The notes: generated by a model from the letters alone, not told the origin. A DNA stretch of 64,000 nt from Penicillus capitatus (GCA_965649825.1 OZ287714.1:62001-126000), one strand, 5' to 3'; shown: positions 10,465-24,276, counted from the stretch's first letter. Numbers and translations are program-made.

Positions 10465-12121
10465 CTAGGATGCCCACTGAAAATGATCGCAGCGTCCGAT
10501 CGGAGGTCGTCCTGCTGGTCGGGCACAGACATAGAATCTTCTCCCCTTATTCGCTCCACTCTTCTTGACGTGACGCACGACACACGGTTCTTGGTGACCT
10601 TCGCAGAGAGGAGGTCCCTGCTTGGCAAAGAACTCTTTCCATACACCGGTCAGCCCCTTAGACGTGACGGAAGCCTTCTGGATCGCATCCTGGCTGGATG
10701 AAGACTCTTCCAAGGAGGGCGTCGACGACTTGGATGGTGCCAAGAACGATCTGAGCGTTGGCTGACGGGCAAGTCGGCGTCTTTTTCTGACTCTCTTCGG
10801 TGTCGTCGACTGCGAATCCGACGTCCTTTCCGGTCGTGTCACAAGAAAAGCATCCAACGTTTTCTGCTTCCCTGCAGAGCGTGATCGTTTTGCACAAGAG
10901 TGAGAACCGTTGGGAGGAGATGGATGACCTTTAAAGAGAAACTGAGAGCTGAGGCACGGAGGTTGGTAGTGCTCTGGAAGCTTAGGTCGGGGTACGTTGG
11001 CACGGCACCAAACAGGGGCATGATCTGAGCCCGTCACCTCACACATGATTCCCTGACAGTTGACAGCAGCCTTCTTTCCAGTGAGAACGGCATCATGAGA
11101 TTACACTCTCGTCGAAGCTCTCATGAAATGTCCCGTCATCGGTGTTGGCCACCAAGATCATGTCGATCCGCGTTCCGTAGTTATTGACGCGCGATCGCGT
11201 CGACTGATTCCAGCAACTGAAAGCTTCTTTCCTACATAGATTTCTCACACTTTATCCAGTGCACCGGCCACGTGTGACGTGATCGGGTGGTGTTGTCTGT
11301 AGATGTCGTGACAAGGACCTCCATTCTCCGACATCATCTTGTGAAGAATGGCCCGATCGGGTCGAAGCGAGAAAGTATCATCTGGTCGGCAGTGATCGAT
11401 CTCCCGCAAGGCACAGTTGAAGTCTCCCGCAACCACCACTCCGAAACCGCGCTGCTGCGTCAGTTCTGCGACGCATCGATGCAGCAGCTGCAGCAACAGG
11501 CACGCCACGATGGTCGATGTTTTCTTGCTGAGACGAACCGCACGTCGAACCATTTGATCTTGTACTCCACTCTCTCGGCGAAATTCGTCTCGGAAACGAG
11601 AGCAGGGGCGTAGATGTTGAAGAGGAAGAATGATCCATGCCGCGTGACGAGACATCGACCCTCGGCATCGATCTCATCGATATCCACCCATGATACATCG
11701 AAGCTCTCCACCGACAGACCCTCTGCCTTTATCAAGGGACCAAATCCCGAGAACGCAGCACGTGGCTGCCAGCATGATTTCCGGCAGAACGTTCCTACGC
11801 CTGAGTAACCTGTTTTTCCGTTCGAGAACGCAAAGTACGAGTCCCTGCTAACAACGGCGGTCAGAAGAGGACGTGTGTCCGCCGGAGAGTGACCAGTTCG
11901 CCGAGATGGCCAGTTCGGCCGTTAGTTCGTTCCTGGTGAGCTTCGTTTCTTGTAAACAGAGGAGATCTGCCAAAGACGATTGCAATGGAGCGACGGTCGT
12001 TGTCGTCACCTGCGTCGAAATGGGTCAGCAGCTTCTCGAGTGTGTCGAATTTTCGGCAGATGGCTCGAAGGCCATTGACATTCCAGCTCACAATTTTCAG
12101 TTTGCCGTCGTTTTGCATCAC
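10465..12121 (-). CDS. APE2: AP endonuclease 2 (ExoIII/EEP family) with C-terminal GRF zinc finger, multi-exon
   Basis: [56 protein letters not shown]-type segment, GSDHAPV, GRF finger [10 protein letters not shown]...[14 protein letters not shown]...RCDHFQW. Confidence 0.92.
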
Positions 12122-12954
12122 GCTGTTCGTTAGAGATCGTTCTTCACATGTGTGTCGATCATTAATGTGGACGGCCTCTACAGCATTTGTGTCGTTGGGG
12201 GTTGTTTAACGGCTGCTGTGAGATGCGACGGTTCGTTCATTCGTGATGCTGTTTTCATGAAGCAGGAAGGGATAGGTGAGCTGCAGGTAGCTAAAAACTC
12301 ATTCGTCAAATGACATCAAAGATAAAGGACTTTGCACGACTCTCTGTCTCCTACTCATATAACAACACCAGACAATTGAGAGAGATAAAAGCAGATTCGG
12401 TGAAATACAGTTAAGAGAGCGGGCTTGCAGGCCAGCTCCAAGCCAGCGAGCGAGCGATCGCATCAGAAGGAAAAATCAGAAAGGATTGTAATAAACTGCG
12501 TTGGGCAGCTATCGGTCTCCATCACAGTCTACAGAAGACGACATCGATGGAGACGCCAGAACAAGTGGAACTGCGAAAAACATCCTGCCCACGACCACCT
12601 TATTTGTCCGAAAATAGTAGATTCGCATGGGGACTGCGCCTGAGCTCCGTTCCAATGGGACAAGTGTCTCTTCTGCTATGACTATGAAATTGGTATCAGA
12701 AATCTTGGAACACCATAGGAGGAGGACGATAAGGTCAACAAATCATGTAAGTCTCTTGAGCTAGCTCTCCACGAATCCTTATTGGAATACACTGCCGTCA
12801 CACAAAAGGGCTTCCTTCAAATTACAGTTATTTCTTCAGATATGCACCGTTTCGGAAAGCACCCAAACAAACACACTGTCACAACGATCACACCAAGAAG
12901 CAGTCAAATTGTTGCTGATGTTTTTGTGTTTTAGAGATGGACGGATCCATTCAT

Positions 12955-15900
12955 TCAAGGTCGCTGAGGACCTTTGCTGCCATTGGGTTTGCTGCTACCG
13001 GCCATACCGACACCAGTTCCGTGGCAGAGCCCGGCAAGCTGTTGTTGCATCTTGTGCGTGTTTTCTGCTGCCTGCTCGGGTCTCAGTTCTTTCGAACGCG
13101 ATCTTTGCTGCTTCCCTGTCGCACTGGTCATCGTATCCTCCTCAAAATCAGCCCAGTAGTCGATCATGACATCTGAACTGGTCTTCGTGAAAGCTGCAGC
13201 CGTTCTATTGCCTTCGGGATGCGAGCCTGTCACAGCAGAGAAGAGTTTTTCATGGGCAAGCTGTAGGGTGGCGACGGAAGATGGCACCTCTTCTTTGAAT
13301 AGGGAGTGAATAGTTGAGATGGGGATGAGGATCGGCCAAATGTGTCAGGACCGCGCCAGACGGAGAGGGTTGTATAGAGTTATCAAAACTTGTGGCGTTG
13401 GAGAGGGGCTGCATTCCAGTTCTTTCGCGGTAAAAGCTGTCAATATGAGCACAGGAGTTGTACAGTCTATTCGCCCTCTGTTTGGCGTCCTCCGGTCCCA
13501 GTCCTTGACCTTTGGGCCAGGGGATGGCTCTCCTCAGTGGAAATGAAGGGCCAGCGACGACCGCCGCACCTTCATCACGTCTGAAAGCCCGAATGGATTC
13601 GGTATCCCATGTGCTTGTCAAATCGTAGGAAGATCTGCAGTGGGAGGGCGAGGGCGGCAACAGAAAGTCGTCTTTGAACTCCAGAGAATCCGCCGTCGCA
13701 CTACGCGGATGCTTCATCGGCTGAAGTGCCATTCCCAGTCCCTTGTTCAGGATCTCCTGTCGCTGATGGTGGTGCTGGAGATGGTAATGATGCGGAATCA
13801 GGGCGTGTGGTCCCGCAGAATGCTCTAGAGGTCTCAGCTCTCTGATGTCTTCTACGGATTGTCCGATACCTACAGATGACGGTCTCGAAGACCCCGCGCT
13901 TGCTGTCGTCTTCAACGGCAACATCAGTGGTGCGTCCGATCTGCCACAGGAAGTGTATGCCTGTGACAACGAAGGGCTCTTGATGCCATGATCGACTGTG
14001 CTTCCACTCGAATCCATGCGTCGAAAAGAGCTTAGGGGCGAGACGCCCACCGATTGCGTTCGTGACAGATGTGCGGTCGACTCCGTTTCAGCTAAGAGAG
14101 ACCCAGCGGTCACGGTGTATTGCCAGTCATCGGCAACGGATCGAACGAGGGACGACTCGGAGATCGACGGCTTCGGGCTCGCAGTCTGTGACGTGTGTGG
14201 CGTCGATAGTTCCGGAACTGTCGGCATGGACACTTCCATTCCTTTTTTGGAAGGGGTCTGCTTCATAGTAACCATTGAAATAAGAGAAGTGTTTGTGCCT
14301 TGCCTTGCATCTTGCCCCATCTCGTGCTCCAATCCAGTCTCCATTCCGCTCACGATAGGCGATTCGGATTCTGTCTTTGGTTCGACGACGACAAGCGATA
14401 ATTCTACAGGAACTTGTGGAGAGCAGACCTTCAACGGAGATTCCGCAGCATGAGAGCTGCCCTCCACTGTCATACTCATGGATCTCAAAATGGATGGTCT
14501 TGCATTGACGGAGGAACCGTCGGTGGCACTCATGCGCTCAGAAAGACGCTTCTGAAGCGAATGGCTCAAGGCGTTGAATCCTCGCGGTGTGTGCGAAAAC
14601 GAATCTGAAAATGTGCTTGTAACGGAATGGGTGGGTTCAAGTGAACTGGCCGATATGCGTCTCTTCTGCGGAATATCGATCGCACCGGAGCTCACACTGT
14701 CCTCGTCTTCCGAAAAATCCTCTGGTTCTTCGAGCAGGGGAGCGGCAATCTCATCCCTGTTAGAAAACAACACGGTCGTCTCCGAGAACGTTTCTCCGGA
14801 TCGACCCTCGTCACCGATGATCTCGAGCTTGTGCTTGAGCGAACGTCTAGAATGCTCCATTGCTGCATGGTCCACGGAACGACGAGAGATGGCGCCTCCT
14901 GCATAGTTCACGGAATGACGGGAGTTGTCTGGATGGACGTAGTCCATCAGCACGCGGGTCTTCTCGTTTAGCGTATGGAGAACGTGATCAGCTGTGAAAT
15001 CGGTTGCCACACTCTGGCACATGTCGTTTAGCACCTCTCTGGCCCCGACGGAACCTGGACCCATGAGACAACGAGCCGACTCGAGATCATTGTCGCACGG
15101 TTTGCGCACGACGCAGACGTATCCAGTGAACTCTCCCTCGTCCTTTAGCTTCCACCTTTCCACTTCCATGGCAATCAGGTGGCCGATGGTGCTCGCTTCC
15201 TCCTCCGTGATCATAATGTCCAGATCCGTGGATCCTTCCGCTCGCATTTCGGCCACGATCTGTTCAGCCGTATCGTCTTTAATATCAAATGGGAACTGTA
15301 TCTTCTTTGGAACCCCTAGAGGCGTGCGAGCACGATGGCAAAGAGGGAGAGGCGGAGGCGTTGGTCTTACCCCCGGGTCTTGTGTACTTCAGTGTAAAGT
15401 TCAATGTCGGTTTTCCCTCCACTTTGCTGCACTCGATGGTAATCTTCACCCCGTTTGAAGTTGCTACAGACTGATCGTTGTCCTCAGGTTCTTCTTCGGA
15501 TGCCGAGGGCGACGGGACGTGTGCGGACCCGTTTCTGGAGAGCGCATCTCCCTTGAGCGAATCGGCACTGCCTCCATAGTCACTCCCACGCGCGATGGTC
15601 TCCGCGTCCATTTCGTCAGAGTGCGGTCGCTCTGGCTTCATGGTTGTGCGGATATCGTTAAAGAAGTCGTGCTTCAGAAGCTTTCGAGCTTCCGGACGCG
15701 CATCCGGTTGATATGCAATACATAACTCAATAAATTTGCGCAGCTCTTCGTTTCGGATCTTCTGTATGCTCGCCGGAAAAACTCCCTGGGAGACGCGTTT
15801 GTAGATGGCGGCAGGGTTCGTGCATTCGCAGTAAGGGTAGTCCATAGAGACGAGCTCCAGGAGAAGCATGCCGAAGGCATAGACGTCCACCTTTTCATTG

Positions 15901-16684
15901 TACTTCTCGATGTAGAATTCGGGAGCCATGAACTCAGGAGTACCTAACACACCGGCCACGTCAAACACAACCGATGCTACTGACGCAGTGGCGGCGGTGG
16001 CGGCGCTTACCTATGACACTCAATGGAGCCTCAAGTCCTTTAAAGAGAGTCGCCAGGCCGAGATCACCAATCTTGAGGTCTCCCGTCACTCCATTTATCA
16101 GTATGTTGTCGCACTTCAAATCACGATGAATAATAGGAGGCTCGTGCCCATGCAGGTACACAAGCCCTTGAAGAATCTGCCAAGCCCATTTCTTCAGCAC
16201 TTTAAGCTCCAGATGCTTATGCTTCGCACGGAATCTGCACGCACACACATCTCCCTCGATGCATCCGCAAGGACGGTGGACGCACTTCTTGAGAGATCCA
16301 TGAGTGAAGAGCTCTGTGATGAAGTTGAGTGTACTTGTCTTATCATCTAGCCAATAATCGTGAAAGGTCATGATGTTCTTGTGTTTAAGTCTCTTGAGGA
16401 CATGGATCTCGGAGAAGAGACGCTTCTTCAAAGGGTCCTCATTCACAGCGGTCGTGAGGGGTACTTTGTTCCACGCTACCTCCGTTCCTTCCCGCGAATC
16501 AAAAGCCTTGAAAACCGTCTTGAAGGCTCCACGGCCCAAGACGTCCTCGAACTGCGACAAACGCGGTCAGTCCTGCAGAGGCGCATGAGCATGCGTCGTT
16601 CTCTACCCGCCAATAACGTTTTTTGGGGTCGCTTTCGACTGCGCCGGCTGGTGATTTTTGAAGAGCGCTATCGTCGTTGTCCAT
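12955..16684 (-). CDS. WNK: WNK-family Ser/Thr kinase with long Ser-rich C-terminal tail, multi-exon
   Basis: RYWR/FEDVLGRGAFKTVFKAFD..GTEVAWN, LNFITELFTHGSL, PPIIHRDLKCDNILING..LKIGDLGLA, VLGTPEFMAPE, IFPFDIKDDTAEQIVAEM (CCT/OSR1-C-like). 3' end at 12955 assumes one more intron. Confidence 0.9.
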
Positions 16685-17209
16685 CTCGAAATGGCTTTGA
16701 ACGATACGTACAATGCTCAAGCTTTGACGGAACGGCGTCGATTCTTCCCTTCGGCGAACGCGACTGAACACGACTCGTTGTTGTTGTTGCACTCTTGTTG
16801 TTCGTCAACAGTCGCACAAACAACCCATTCACCACCCCAAACGTATGCGTCGTCGTATTTCTGCGGTGCGCCTGTGGTCGACTCAAAGCGAGCCCCCGTG
16901 GGGCCAAAGATGGATTCCTGCTCGATGGACGGCTCGCGTATGTTCGTTCGGGTATCAAGGGACGCGAGACAGCGAAGCGAGGCCGATACGTACGCTCGAT
17001 GAAAACACACCAGACCAATGGCGATTCGAAGCGAGAGCGAAAATCAGGAACGAACGCGAGTAGTAAACGAATGGCGTCAATAAGAGATTTTCCGACTCGG
17101 CATGTTCAAAAACGAAGCTACGAACCCTCGGAAAGACGGTCGATTGATGTGACGCGGACTCTCTCGGTCAATTCGCATCACCCATCACCACAGCCGTCGT
17201 CCTGCGAAT

Positions 17210-18234
17210 TCAGACAGAGGACGCCAGATACTCCTCAAACGTCGGTTCACCAAACAATGCGTTCTTGTCCACAGCAGAGAGTACCTGCACAGATATCCAC
17301 GATAGTGCACGACGATGCCGAATAGGACACTTACAATATTCTTAGTTGTAGCGCTAAAGACGCATCGCTGAACGAGTTCGGCGACATCTTCCCGTTGAAT
17401 CGATCCACAGACATTGACATCCTCTGTCAGAATGCCGTTTCCTGTTGCTCCGTCGCTTCTGAGTCCACCTGGTCGGATGATAACATACTCCATTTGATCT
17501 CCACACTCCTGCGGCCGTCTCAGAGTGGCACAACAGGGATGAATGCTGATCGAAAAGAGACCTTAAGGCGGTTTTCGGCTTTTTCTTTGGCCAGAAGGAC
17601 AGGCTCCAGCGTTTCGTAGATATTGGGAGGGACAGCAGATTTGGTCTCGGCAACGCCAATGCTCGTAATCAGAAGAAATTTTTGGACGCCCTTTTGGAGG
17701 GCGCTATTAATGAGGTTGATATTTCCTTCGGAATCTGCTAAAGGATCGCTTGGCGTTCCACCAACTGAAGAGATAACGACATCCACATTACCGATCCCTA
17801 AAGTCGTGTTCACACAACGAGGCGGGACAGGATAAGCGTCGTTGCCTGCAAAGGCATTGGCTAGCTGATCCTTTTCCAAGGCATCGGCCCGGACCATCGT
17901 GGCACCAATGGCTGAGATCTCGGCACCGCGGGCATCAGATCTTTGAAGGACATAGACAGTGCATGCCGCATCTCGGAGTCGCTGTGCTGTTTTCATAGCG
18001 ACACCGCCGCCGCCAGCCACGAGCACGCTGGTTTCATTCGGTACCAAAGCGCTGGTGACGGCGGTCGTGACGCCCAATCGCCTAAACGCATCGTCGTGAC
18101 CTTGTATGCACTCTTTGGCTGTACCTTCGCGAAGACGTTGCTCGTAGATGGGGGCTGTAGGGGAACAGTGGCGCTGTGCTAGACAACGAAGCGCCAGACC
18201 GAAGCGACCAGGCGTAACGCACAGATGGGGTCAT
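17210..18234 (-). CDS. NAD(P)H-binding Rossmann-fold protein (atypical SDR), predicted plastid transit peptide
   Basis: VLVAGGGGVA, VDVVISSVGG...DSEGNINLINSA...KFLLITSIG, AKEKAENRLK, YVIIRPGGL; spliced ends MTPSVRYAWSLRS... and ...VLSAVDKNALFGEPTFEEYLASSV*. Confidence 0.85.
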
Positions 18235-19319
18235 GTTGCTATAGACTGCACACGATTCGCGAGATTAGAGATGAAACCAATGCCAACTGGTATACCTTCG
18301 GTGTTTCCTGTGCAGCAATGCATTGAAGGGGATCTAGTTATGACAGCAAAGGTGATCAAGACGAAAGCACTCGAGGTTGGACGTTTCGTTGAGAATAGTG
18401 ATGGATGGTTTCCAGACTGTTTCATAGCACGTACAGCATGACAGATCGATTGGTCATGCGAGATGCGGACGTTGTGGAGAAGCTCTGACGTGGCGATGCG
18501 ACAAAGCCGCCAGCTGGCTTATGAAAATTTCTCCAGGGATCCCGGGTTGACGAGGAGCGTGCGTGCTGTATACGCGCTTGGCATGCGTTCCGTATGAACC
18601 GGCTGCGATGCGGACGGCATATCCCGACGGTGTCGCGAGATACGCTGCTCTCTAAAAGATCTCTGCTGCGAGAGCGGACGCGTTCAGGAAAGACGCACCG
18701 CAGGTTCGTAGCTTTCGACCGGCGCCTCGGCTGTGCGGCGTTCGACGGCATCTCCATAAGCAACCGCGCGCGGCTACGTCAAAATGCACCTCAGCATGGC
18801 CGAGGCGCGTGCGGCATGAGGTTTTTCGTCTTGCGAGGCATGACGCGGGACTTGCATTGTCAGCAGTACACCGTCTGTTGCAGTAATACTCCAACGGAGG
18901 ACGTTCGATGGCTTCTCTGCTTTCAAAAAACGGTTGATACAAGAAGAGCCATCGGAGCCGAGAATCTCTTGAATCCCACGATCACCGTCAGTCGTTGATG
19001 CTTTCTATCCAACAGAGACCAGTCTTTCTGGAAACCGCCCACGACAGACGAAACGAACAGATCCGCATCCGCTCCTAAGCACGTCAACAGACACGGCCGT
19101 CGTTTATAACGTAACGATGACGCCCCGTGACATCCAAACACGACGGCACGACGCGCCATACGACCCTCTCATGACGCAGAGACACATCTCCCTGTGAAAC
19201 GACTTTGCTTCCATCCAGGTTGTTGATGCCGTTGAGCGCGTCGCGGCAAGATTCTGCGTCGGTATCCGTGCGCGAGTCGCGTGAGATGGACAGGCGCTAA
19301 GAGAGAGTCCTGCGTTGCT

Positions 19320-20420
19320 TTACATGGATGCATGGATGTTCCACGATTCGAGTTGCTCATCCCATCCCACAGAAACGACGCGTCCTTCTTCATGGACCGA
19401 AAAATCGATCCCGCCGACAAACTCAGTATGATGTTCCCAGATCCGCTGCCTTTGTTGCGAGTCCACAGACTGCGACAGATCCCACAGACGTACAGACATA
19501 TCGTACGAACAAGAGAGCACCAAATCAGGCGAATGCGGCGAAAACAGGACGCGCTTGACGCCATAACGATGACCTACACACATCTCCACCACTATCAAAC
19601 ATTCGACCGTTTTCTGCGCCGACCTATCAACTGCTGGAACGGCTGTTGGAGTTGCCGCGTGTCCCATAGACATATGGTCTTATCAACCGATCCCGATACG
19701 ACGAGATGCGCGTTGTATTTGCACCAGTCGACACAGAGCACTTCGTTCTGGTGTCCCATCCATGAGAGGACCGCATGCGGTTGTCTGTCATCCCACACCT
19801 CACACATTCTCACATCACCACCCCTGATGCACTCAGTGGCCTCACTTTGATGGTCTGATCGCCAGACGCAGAGGCAAAGGTATTGGGTGTGATGACATTC
19901 CATGCAACGCCATAGACGGAGTGGTCATGTCCCACGAAGGTCTGAATGGAAGCCGGTTGCTGCGTGGTCCACAATTTGATGTTGGTATCCCATGAGCAGC
20001 TTAGGAAAGCGTCCTGTCTTTGCTGATGCCACCGAACACTGGCCACCTCTTTGCTGTGCTCCATGGCCATCACCATAAGAGGCTCTGGCATGCCTTTCAT
20101 CGTATCGAACAGCCGAATGACACCGTCTGCCGAAGCTGTCACCAGTACGGCATCATTGACTTCGCTCCAACAGCAATCGAAGAGACAGTCCGGTGTCTCG
20201 AACACTGCGATCTAGGATCGCTCTTTCTGATCAATGATGGTGACGTTGTTGGGGAGGGAGGTGGACTGACTTCGTCGAGTTGGGTGGGAGTGAAATGGAA
20301 GACGGCGGCGTGGCCGCGTCCAACGATGCCGAAGTTCTGCGATGAACAGACAGCGAGCTTGTCTGCCACAAATGGGCTGAACTGCACGCCGAATCCACTT
20401 CCTCGAATTTTGAATCGCAT
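19320..20420 (-). CDS. PEX7: Peroxin-7, PTS2 receptor (WD40), multi-exon
   Basis: GFGVQFSPFVADKLAVCSSQNFGIVGRG, DCLFDCCWSE, FLSCSWDTNIKLW, HQNEVLCVDWCKYN, GHRYGVKRVLFSPH...SCSYDMSVRLWD, HHTEFVGGIDFS. Confidence 0.93.
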
Positions 20421-21196
20421 TGGGAAGGGCACAGTCTCTGTCAGATTTGAGACGTGGTCGATGTTGACGTCTATTCCATGGCATCTAAAACGCATATGGC
20501 TCAACAGATGGACGACCTTGGTGCGTATGCACTTACAGCGGCGTTAAAACAGCGAGGAAAATGGAAGTTCGTGTGAAGTCCATGAAAACGAACGACTTCC
20601 AAAACTGCTCTCCAATGACCGGCGCTTGAGCTCTTGAGAACACCGACCACTCTTGATTGTGGTGCCATATAGGGATGTCATTTTCTGTTTGATCTCTTGT
20701 GGCGGGAGGCTTATGAGATGTTCGACGATTGAGCGTTTGGATCGTGCAGCAGTCAGTTTTGTCATTTTGCCACCGGCTTCATGTGCCAGATTTGCATCTG
20801 TCTTATGGATCCCTATCAGGAAAGGGTATATAGTGAACGCGTGTGTCAGTTCTGTGACATCTCTCTCTTCGAAACACTGGCTGTTTGGAGTGGGAGCTGC
20901 ATTCAGCGTGGAGAGGTTAGTGACGAAAGCTCTTGGAATCTGATCCGACTTCTCAGCGCAATGAGCAGTCTCTAGTGTTTAGCGAGCTGTACATTAGGAT
21001 TGGCAGACGTCTCATTATGAGATAATTCTCCATATGGTCAGCCTCCCGACTGCCCTTTCCCGAGTTCTATGCACAGCTACTGAACGTGATCAGTCAACAA
21101 GTAACATTCTCCGAATACGCATCTACAAGGCGTGCCGTATGCGTACGGTTTGTATACGGTCCTGTCACAATTTTTCGTTTTGGCCGACTTGGTGTG

Positions 21197-21954
21197 ATGA
21201 AACGCAAGGCATCAGGCAAGGGACGCGTCGCGGAGACAGATCCCAAGATGAAATGCCGCGACCTGGTCCATCGAGTGTTCGCACAGTGTCCTCCAAACGA
21301 CCGCGAAACGATGCACCGCGAAGTGGAACGGCGTCATATCGTCGTCGAATCCGATCAGCCTTTTGCCAAGAGAGCACGCGATGCGAACCGACAAAAGCGC
21401 TCACAAGCCATTCTCTGCCGCCTCGGATCCGAGCGATGGCGCAGACGTCAACATCTCGATGCCATAGGTGGGTGTCTCATGTATCTCACTCTTCTGCAGG
21501 CCTAATCTGTGTAACCGTCGCAGGTGACTTCGAGATCGATCGTGGATTTCTCCATGAGCTGCACCGTCGTTGGCTGGATACGATGCAAGCATGCGTTCAG
21601 ACACATCACCATGGCTTTTCCCTCGAGGTTATGCGCTCGCTCGAATGGCACGGCGCCGAAGTGGAGGTGTGTTCAGCGCCTGACCCACGGTTCGTCGGAG
21701 TCCGGGGCATCACATTTGCCGTGACGCCATTGTATCTGTGGATCATGGACGATGATCAAAAGCGTTGGCGAGTTGACAAGAGTGGCACCCGTTTCTGGCT
21801 CATCCTGCATGACAGGCAGATCGAAGTCCAGGGATCGCTTGTGTTTGCCGAAGACATTACCAAAGGAAAGAGACTTGAACAAAAACACTCGAGAAAACAG
21901 ACTCGATTGGAAACACAAAAAAAGGACCGAAACAAAAGCAGCGGCGCTGGATGA
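21197..21954 (+). CDS. POP4: RNase P/MRP subunit p29 (POP4/Rpp29)
   Basis: LHELHRRW...SLEWHGAEVEVCSAPDPRFVGVRGI...RWRVDKSGTRFWL..IEVQGS follows the Rpp29 pattern; one intron at ~21468-21523. Confidence 0.8.
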
Positions 21955-22270
21955 TGGACCATGAAGCCTGTCACCTCTGCAGCTCGAATCTCAAGTGTGA
22001 CCGAACTGGCAATTGTGCCTCTCTCCCAATCCCAAATCTCAGGAATGCGCTTCGAAATGGTTTTACTGCTAATGGCGTAGACGCGTCTTCGGTGCTCAGG
22101 GAGAGACATCGACCATCGAGCGTAGGGACTCATGGTGGTGGTGGGCGCGAGAATAAGGGATTGGGACAGTGTCGTTTACTGAATCTGTAACCGTAGCGCG
22201 GACGATGTCTACGTGGGCATCTGTTTCATTACTCAAACTTTTCGTTAGCGTCAAGCATCGCTCTTTTACG

Positions 22271-22861
22271 ATGAATTGGGTGGCGGCACGTATGCCTCTG
22301 TTGTTTGTGTGTCTTCTCAGTTCCTTGCTATTGTCGACGGAGGCCAGGAGCAATAGCTCCGCTGCGAAAAAACCTTCGCCGACGACGCCGCTCTCCACTG
22401 ACACACTCGAAGAAAATTCAGCCACGGTGGAGAACGTTTCGAAATTGCCAAAGTCTCTCAGAAAACGCTGTGAAAAGCATTGCTTGGTCGAGGCATTGCA
22501 AGTCAATGCGACGAGAGTCAAAGAAGACTTCTGCACTCGGCGCTGTCCAAGCTATAAAACACCCGAAGAGTATCTGGACCCGGATGCCGAATGCACCAAA
22601 TGCCCAGATGGTGCCTGTCTGAGATGCAGATGTGATACTGGAGAATGCATCTCGAACACTACCGCGTCAAAGGGGACGTCCAGCGAATCGAATGAAGGTG
22701 CTGGCGACGAGACTGCCGATGAAGGGTTTATTAGAGCCAAGTTCACAGGCCCGGTTGGCGGTACACCTGTGGAATCTCAATACTGTGCCTCATGTCGTCC
22801 GCGCAAAAAGTGTCGCCCCTTTTGGTTTTGCAGAAAGAAGAAGAGTAAGCGTAATTTCTGA
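22271..22861 (+). CDS. Secreted cysteine-rich protein, tandem paralog 1
   Basis: Signal peptide MPLLFVCLLSSLLLSTEARS; 10-Cys module CEKHC..FCTRRCP.Y..PEEYLDPDAECTKC...CLRCRCDTGEC; C-terminal GPVGGTPVESQYCASCRPRKKCRPFWFCR. Confidence 0.85.
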   Translation: MNWVAARMPLLFVCLLSSLLLSTEARSNSSAAKKPSPTTPLSTDTLEENSATVENVSKLPKSLRKRCEKHCLVEALQVNATRVKEDFCTRRCPSYKTPEEYLDPDAECTKCPDGACLRCRCDTGECISNTTASKGTSSESNEGAGDETADEGFIRAKFTGPVGGTPVESQYCASCRPRKKCRPFWFCRKKKSKRNF

Positions 22862-23271
22862 AAAGGACACTGGTTTTTCGTTTGCTACATGGAAGAGCTG
22901 TCACATCACAGCTCTGTGATTCTCTCACCATCCATCAGGTCGATGTCGAAGTGAACTCCATTGTCGTACTCGCTATGTTGTAATAACATCAGGTTTGCGT
23001 TACTCATGGCAGTTCACGAATGCGCGAGCGTCTGGTCCTGCGATAAGCATGGTTCCATGGCCTTTGAGAAGGGCTTTGTATAACGTGATGTGACAGGCAT
23101 GTGTCTGCTGTTACCTCCCAACAGTTTTGTGCAATGTCTGCCAGTCAATTCAGTGCAACCTCCTGTCACATCAACGCATCTTTAGCACGAAACCAGGTGC
23201 ATTGGCTTTAGCTGAATAGAATTCGCGGAAATCGAAAGATACCTTACGGCAAACCAACGACAGCTGGAGCA

Positions 23272-23862
23272 ATGCAGACCTTTATCTGTCTTGCCTTTCT
23301 GTTATGTATTCTTGCGTTCGAGGTTACTGGCCAGAGCAACAGCTCTGATTCCGTTACGGTATCGAACAATCAAACGACTGCCGTTCAAGCGTCCCTTCAG
23401 CAACAGTCTGATGCAATGATGGAATTCTGCGAAACAAGTTGCTTCATGGAGGCGTTAAGTGAGAACCAGACGCAGACTCTCCCGGCTTTCTGCTCTCGTC
23501 TTTGCCCGGATTATATAATACCGGACGAGTATCTCAATCCAGACGCCGAATGCATCATTTGCCCAGCCGCCACATGTCAGAGATGTCGTTGCGACACCGG
23601 GGAATGTCTCGATGATACCACAGTTCTTGCAGAATCCCCACTCGAGACAGAAAATACATCCAGTGAGAATGTAACAATCGCAGTGGCTGGAACTGGCTCA
23701 GGAGATGGGGCTGTTGGGGGAAATGTCACAGAAAGTAATAGGACGAGAGCCTTGATTGCAGGAGCTGGGCCCGTCGGGGGTACGCCCGTGGTAGCTCAAT
23801 ACTGTGCATCCTGTCATCCTCGTCGTCGATGTTTTCCGTTTTGGCATTGCAGAAACAAATAA
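23272..23862 (+). CDS. Secreted cysteine-rich protein, tandem paralog 2
   Basis: Signal peptide MQTFICLAFLLCILAFEVTG; same Cys spacing (CETSC...FCSRLCP.Y..PDEYLNPDAEC...CQRCRCDTGEC) and C-terminal GPVGGTPVVAQYCASCHPRRRCFPFWHCR. Confidence 0.88.
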   Translation: MQTFICLAFLLCILAFEVTGQSNSSDSVTVSNNQTTAVQASLQQQSDAMMEFCETSCFMEALSENQTQTLPAFCSRLCPDYIIPDEYLNPDAECIICPAATCQRCRCDTGECLDDTTVLAESPLETENTSSENVTIAVAGTGSGDGAVGGNVTESNRTRALIAGAGPVGGTPVVAQYCASCHPRRRCFPFWHCRNK

Positions 23863-24276
23863 GCACTTTCATTTTTTTCACACTTCTGCAGTCCGCCATC
23901 TTTTGCGATATAAAGCGCAGTTGAGTTTTCACGCATTTTGGCCATTCGTCGATCTGATTGTAAATCTTCGTTGTCAAGCAATCTGATCAACTATTGATTG
24001 GATGGGCTTTGACTGTATGCATGTAAAGATTTCTGACAACTCGATGCCGTCTTGCATTTTGTGGGCTGTTCCGATGGCACCGACCTCTGGCCAATAAAGC
24101 TAAGCAGAGCCACTTCTGGACGCCTTCTTGTGCTTTTAAGCACTGACAAGGCGAATGCCGAAAACCGTCGACCGCTTCCACAAGGCACTCATGCAGTAAC
24201 CAACAGTCCTGCCTCAGCTGACAGCGCTCTTCACAAGACAGACGTCGTCGTTGAAAGAGATTCGCCAAGAGAAGTC

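Noticed and set aside
10741-10866. Two PIP-box-like motifs in APE2 ([16 protein letters not shown])
   Set aside because: PCNA-binding motifs are expected in APE2 proteins; not novel.
18420-19200. Possible small spliced gene between the Rossmann-fold gene and PEX7
   Set aside because: Splice-like sites are present but I could not build a convincing frame or recognise a motif.
20544-21030. Open minus-strand frame (...MTKLTAARSKRSIVEHLISL...)
   Set aside because: No clear start or family signature; may be UTR or an unrecognised small gene.
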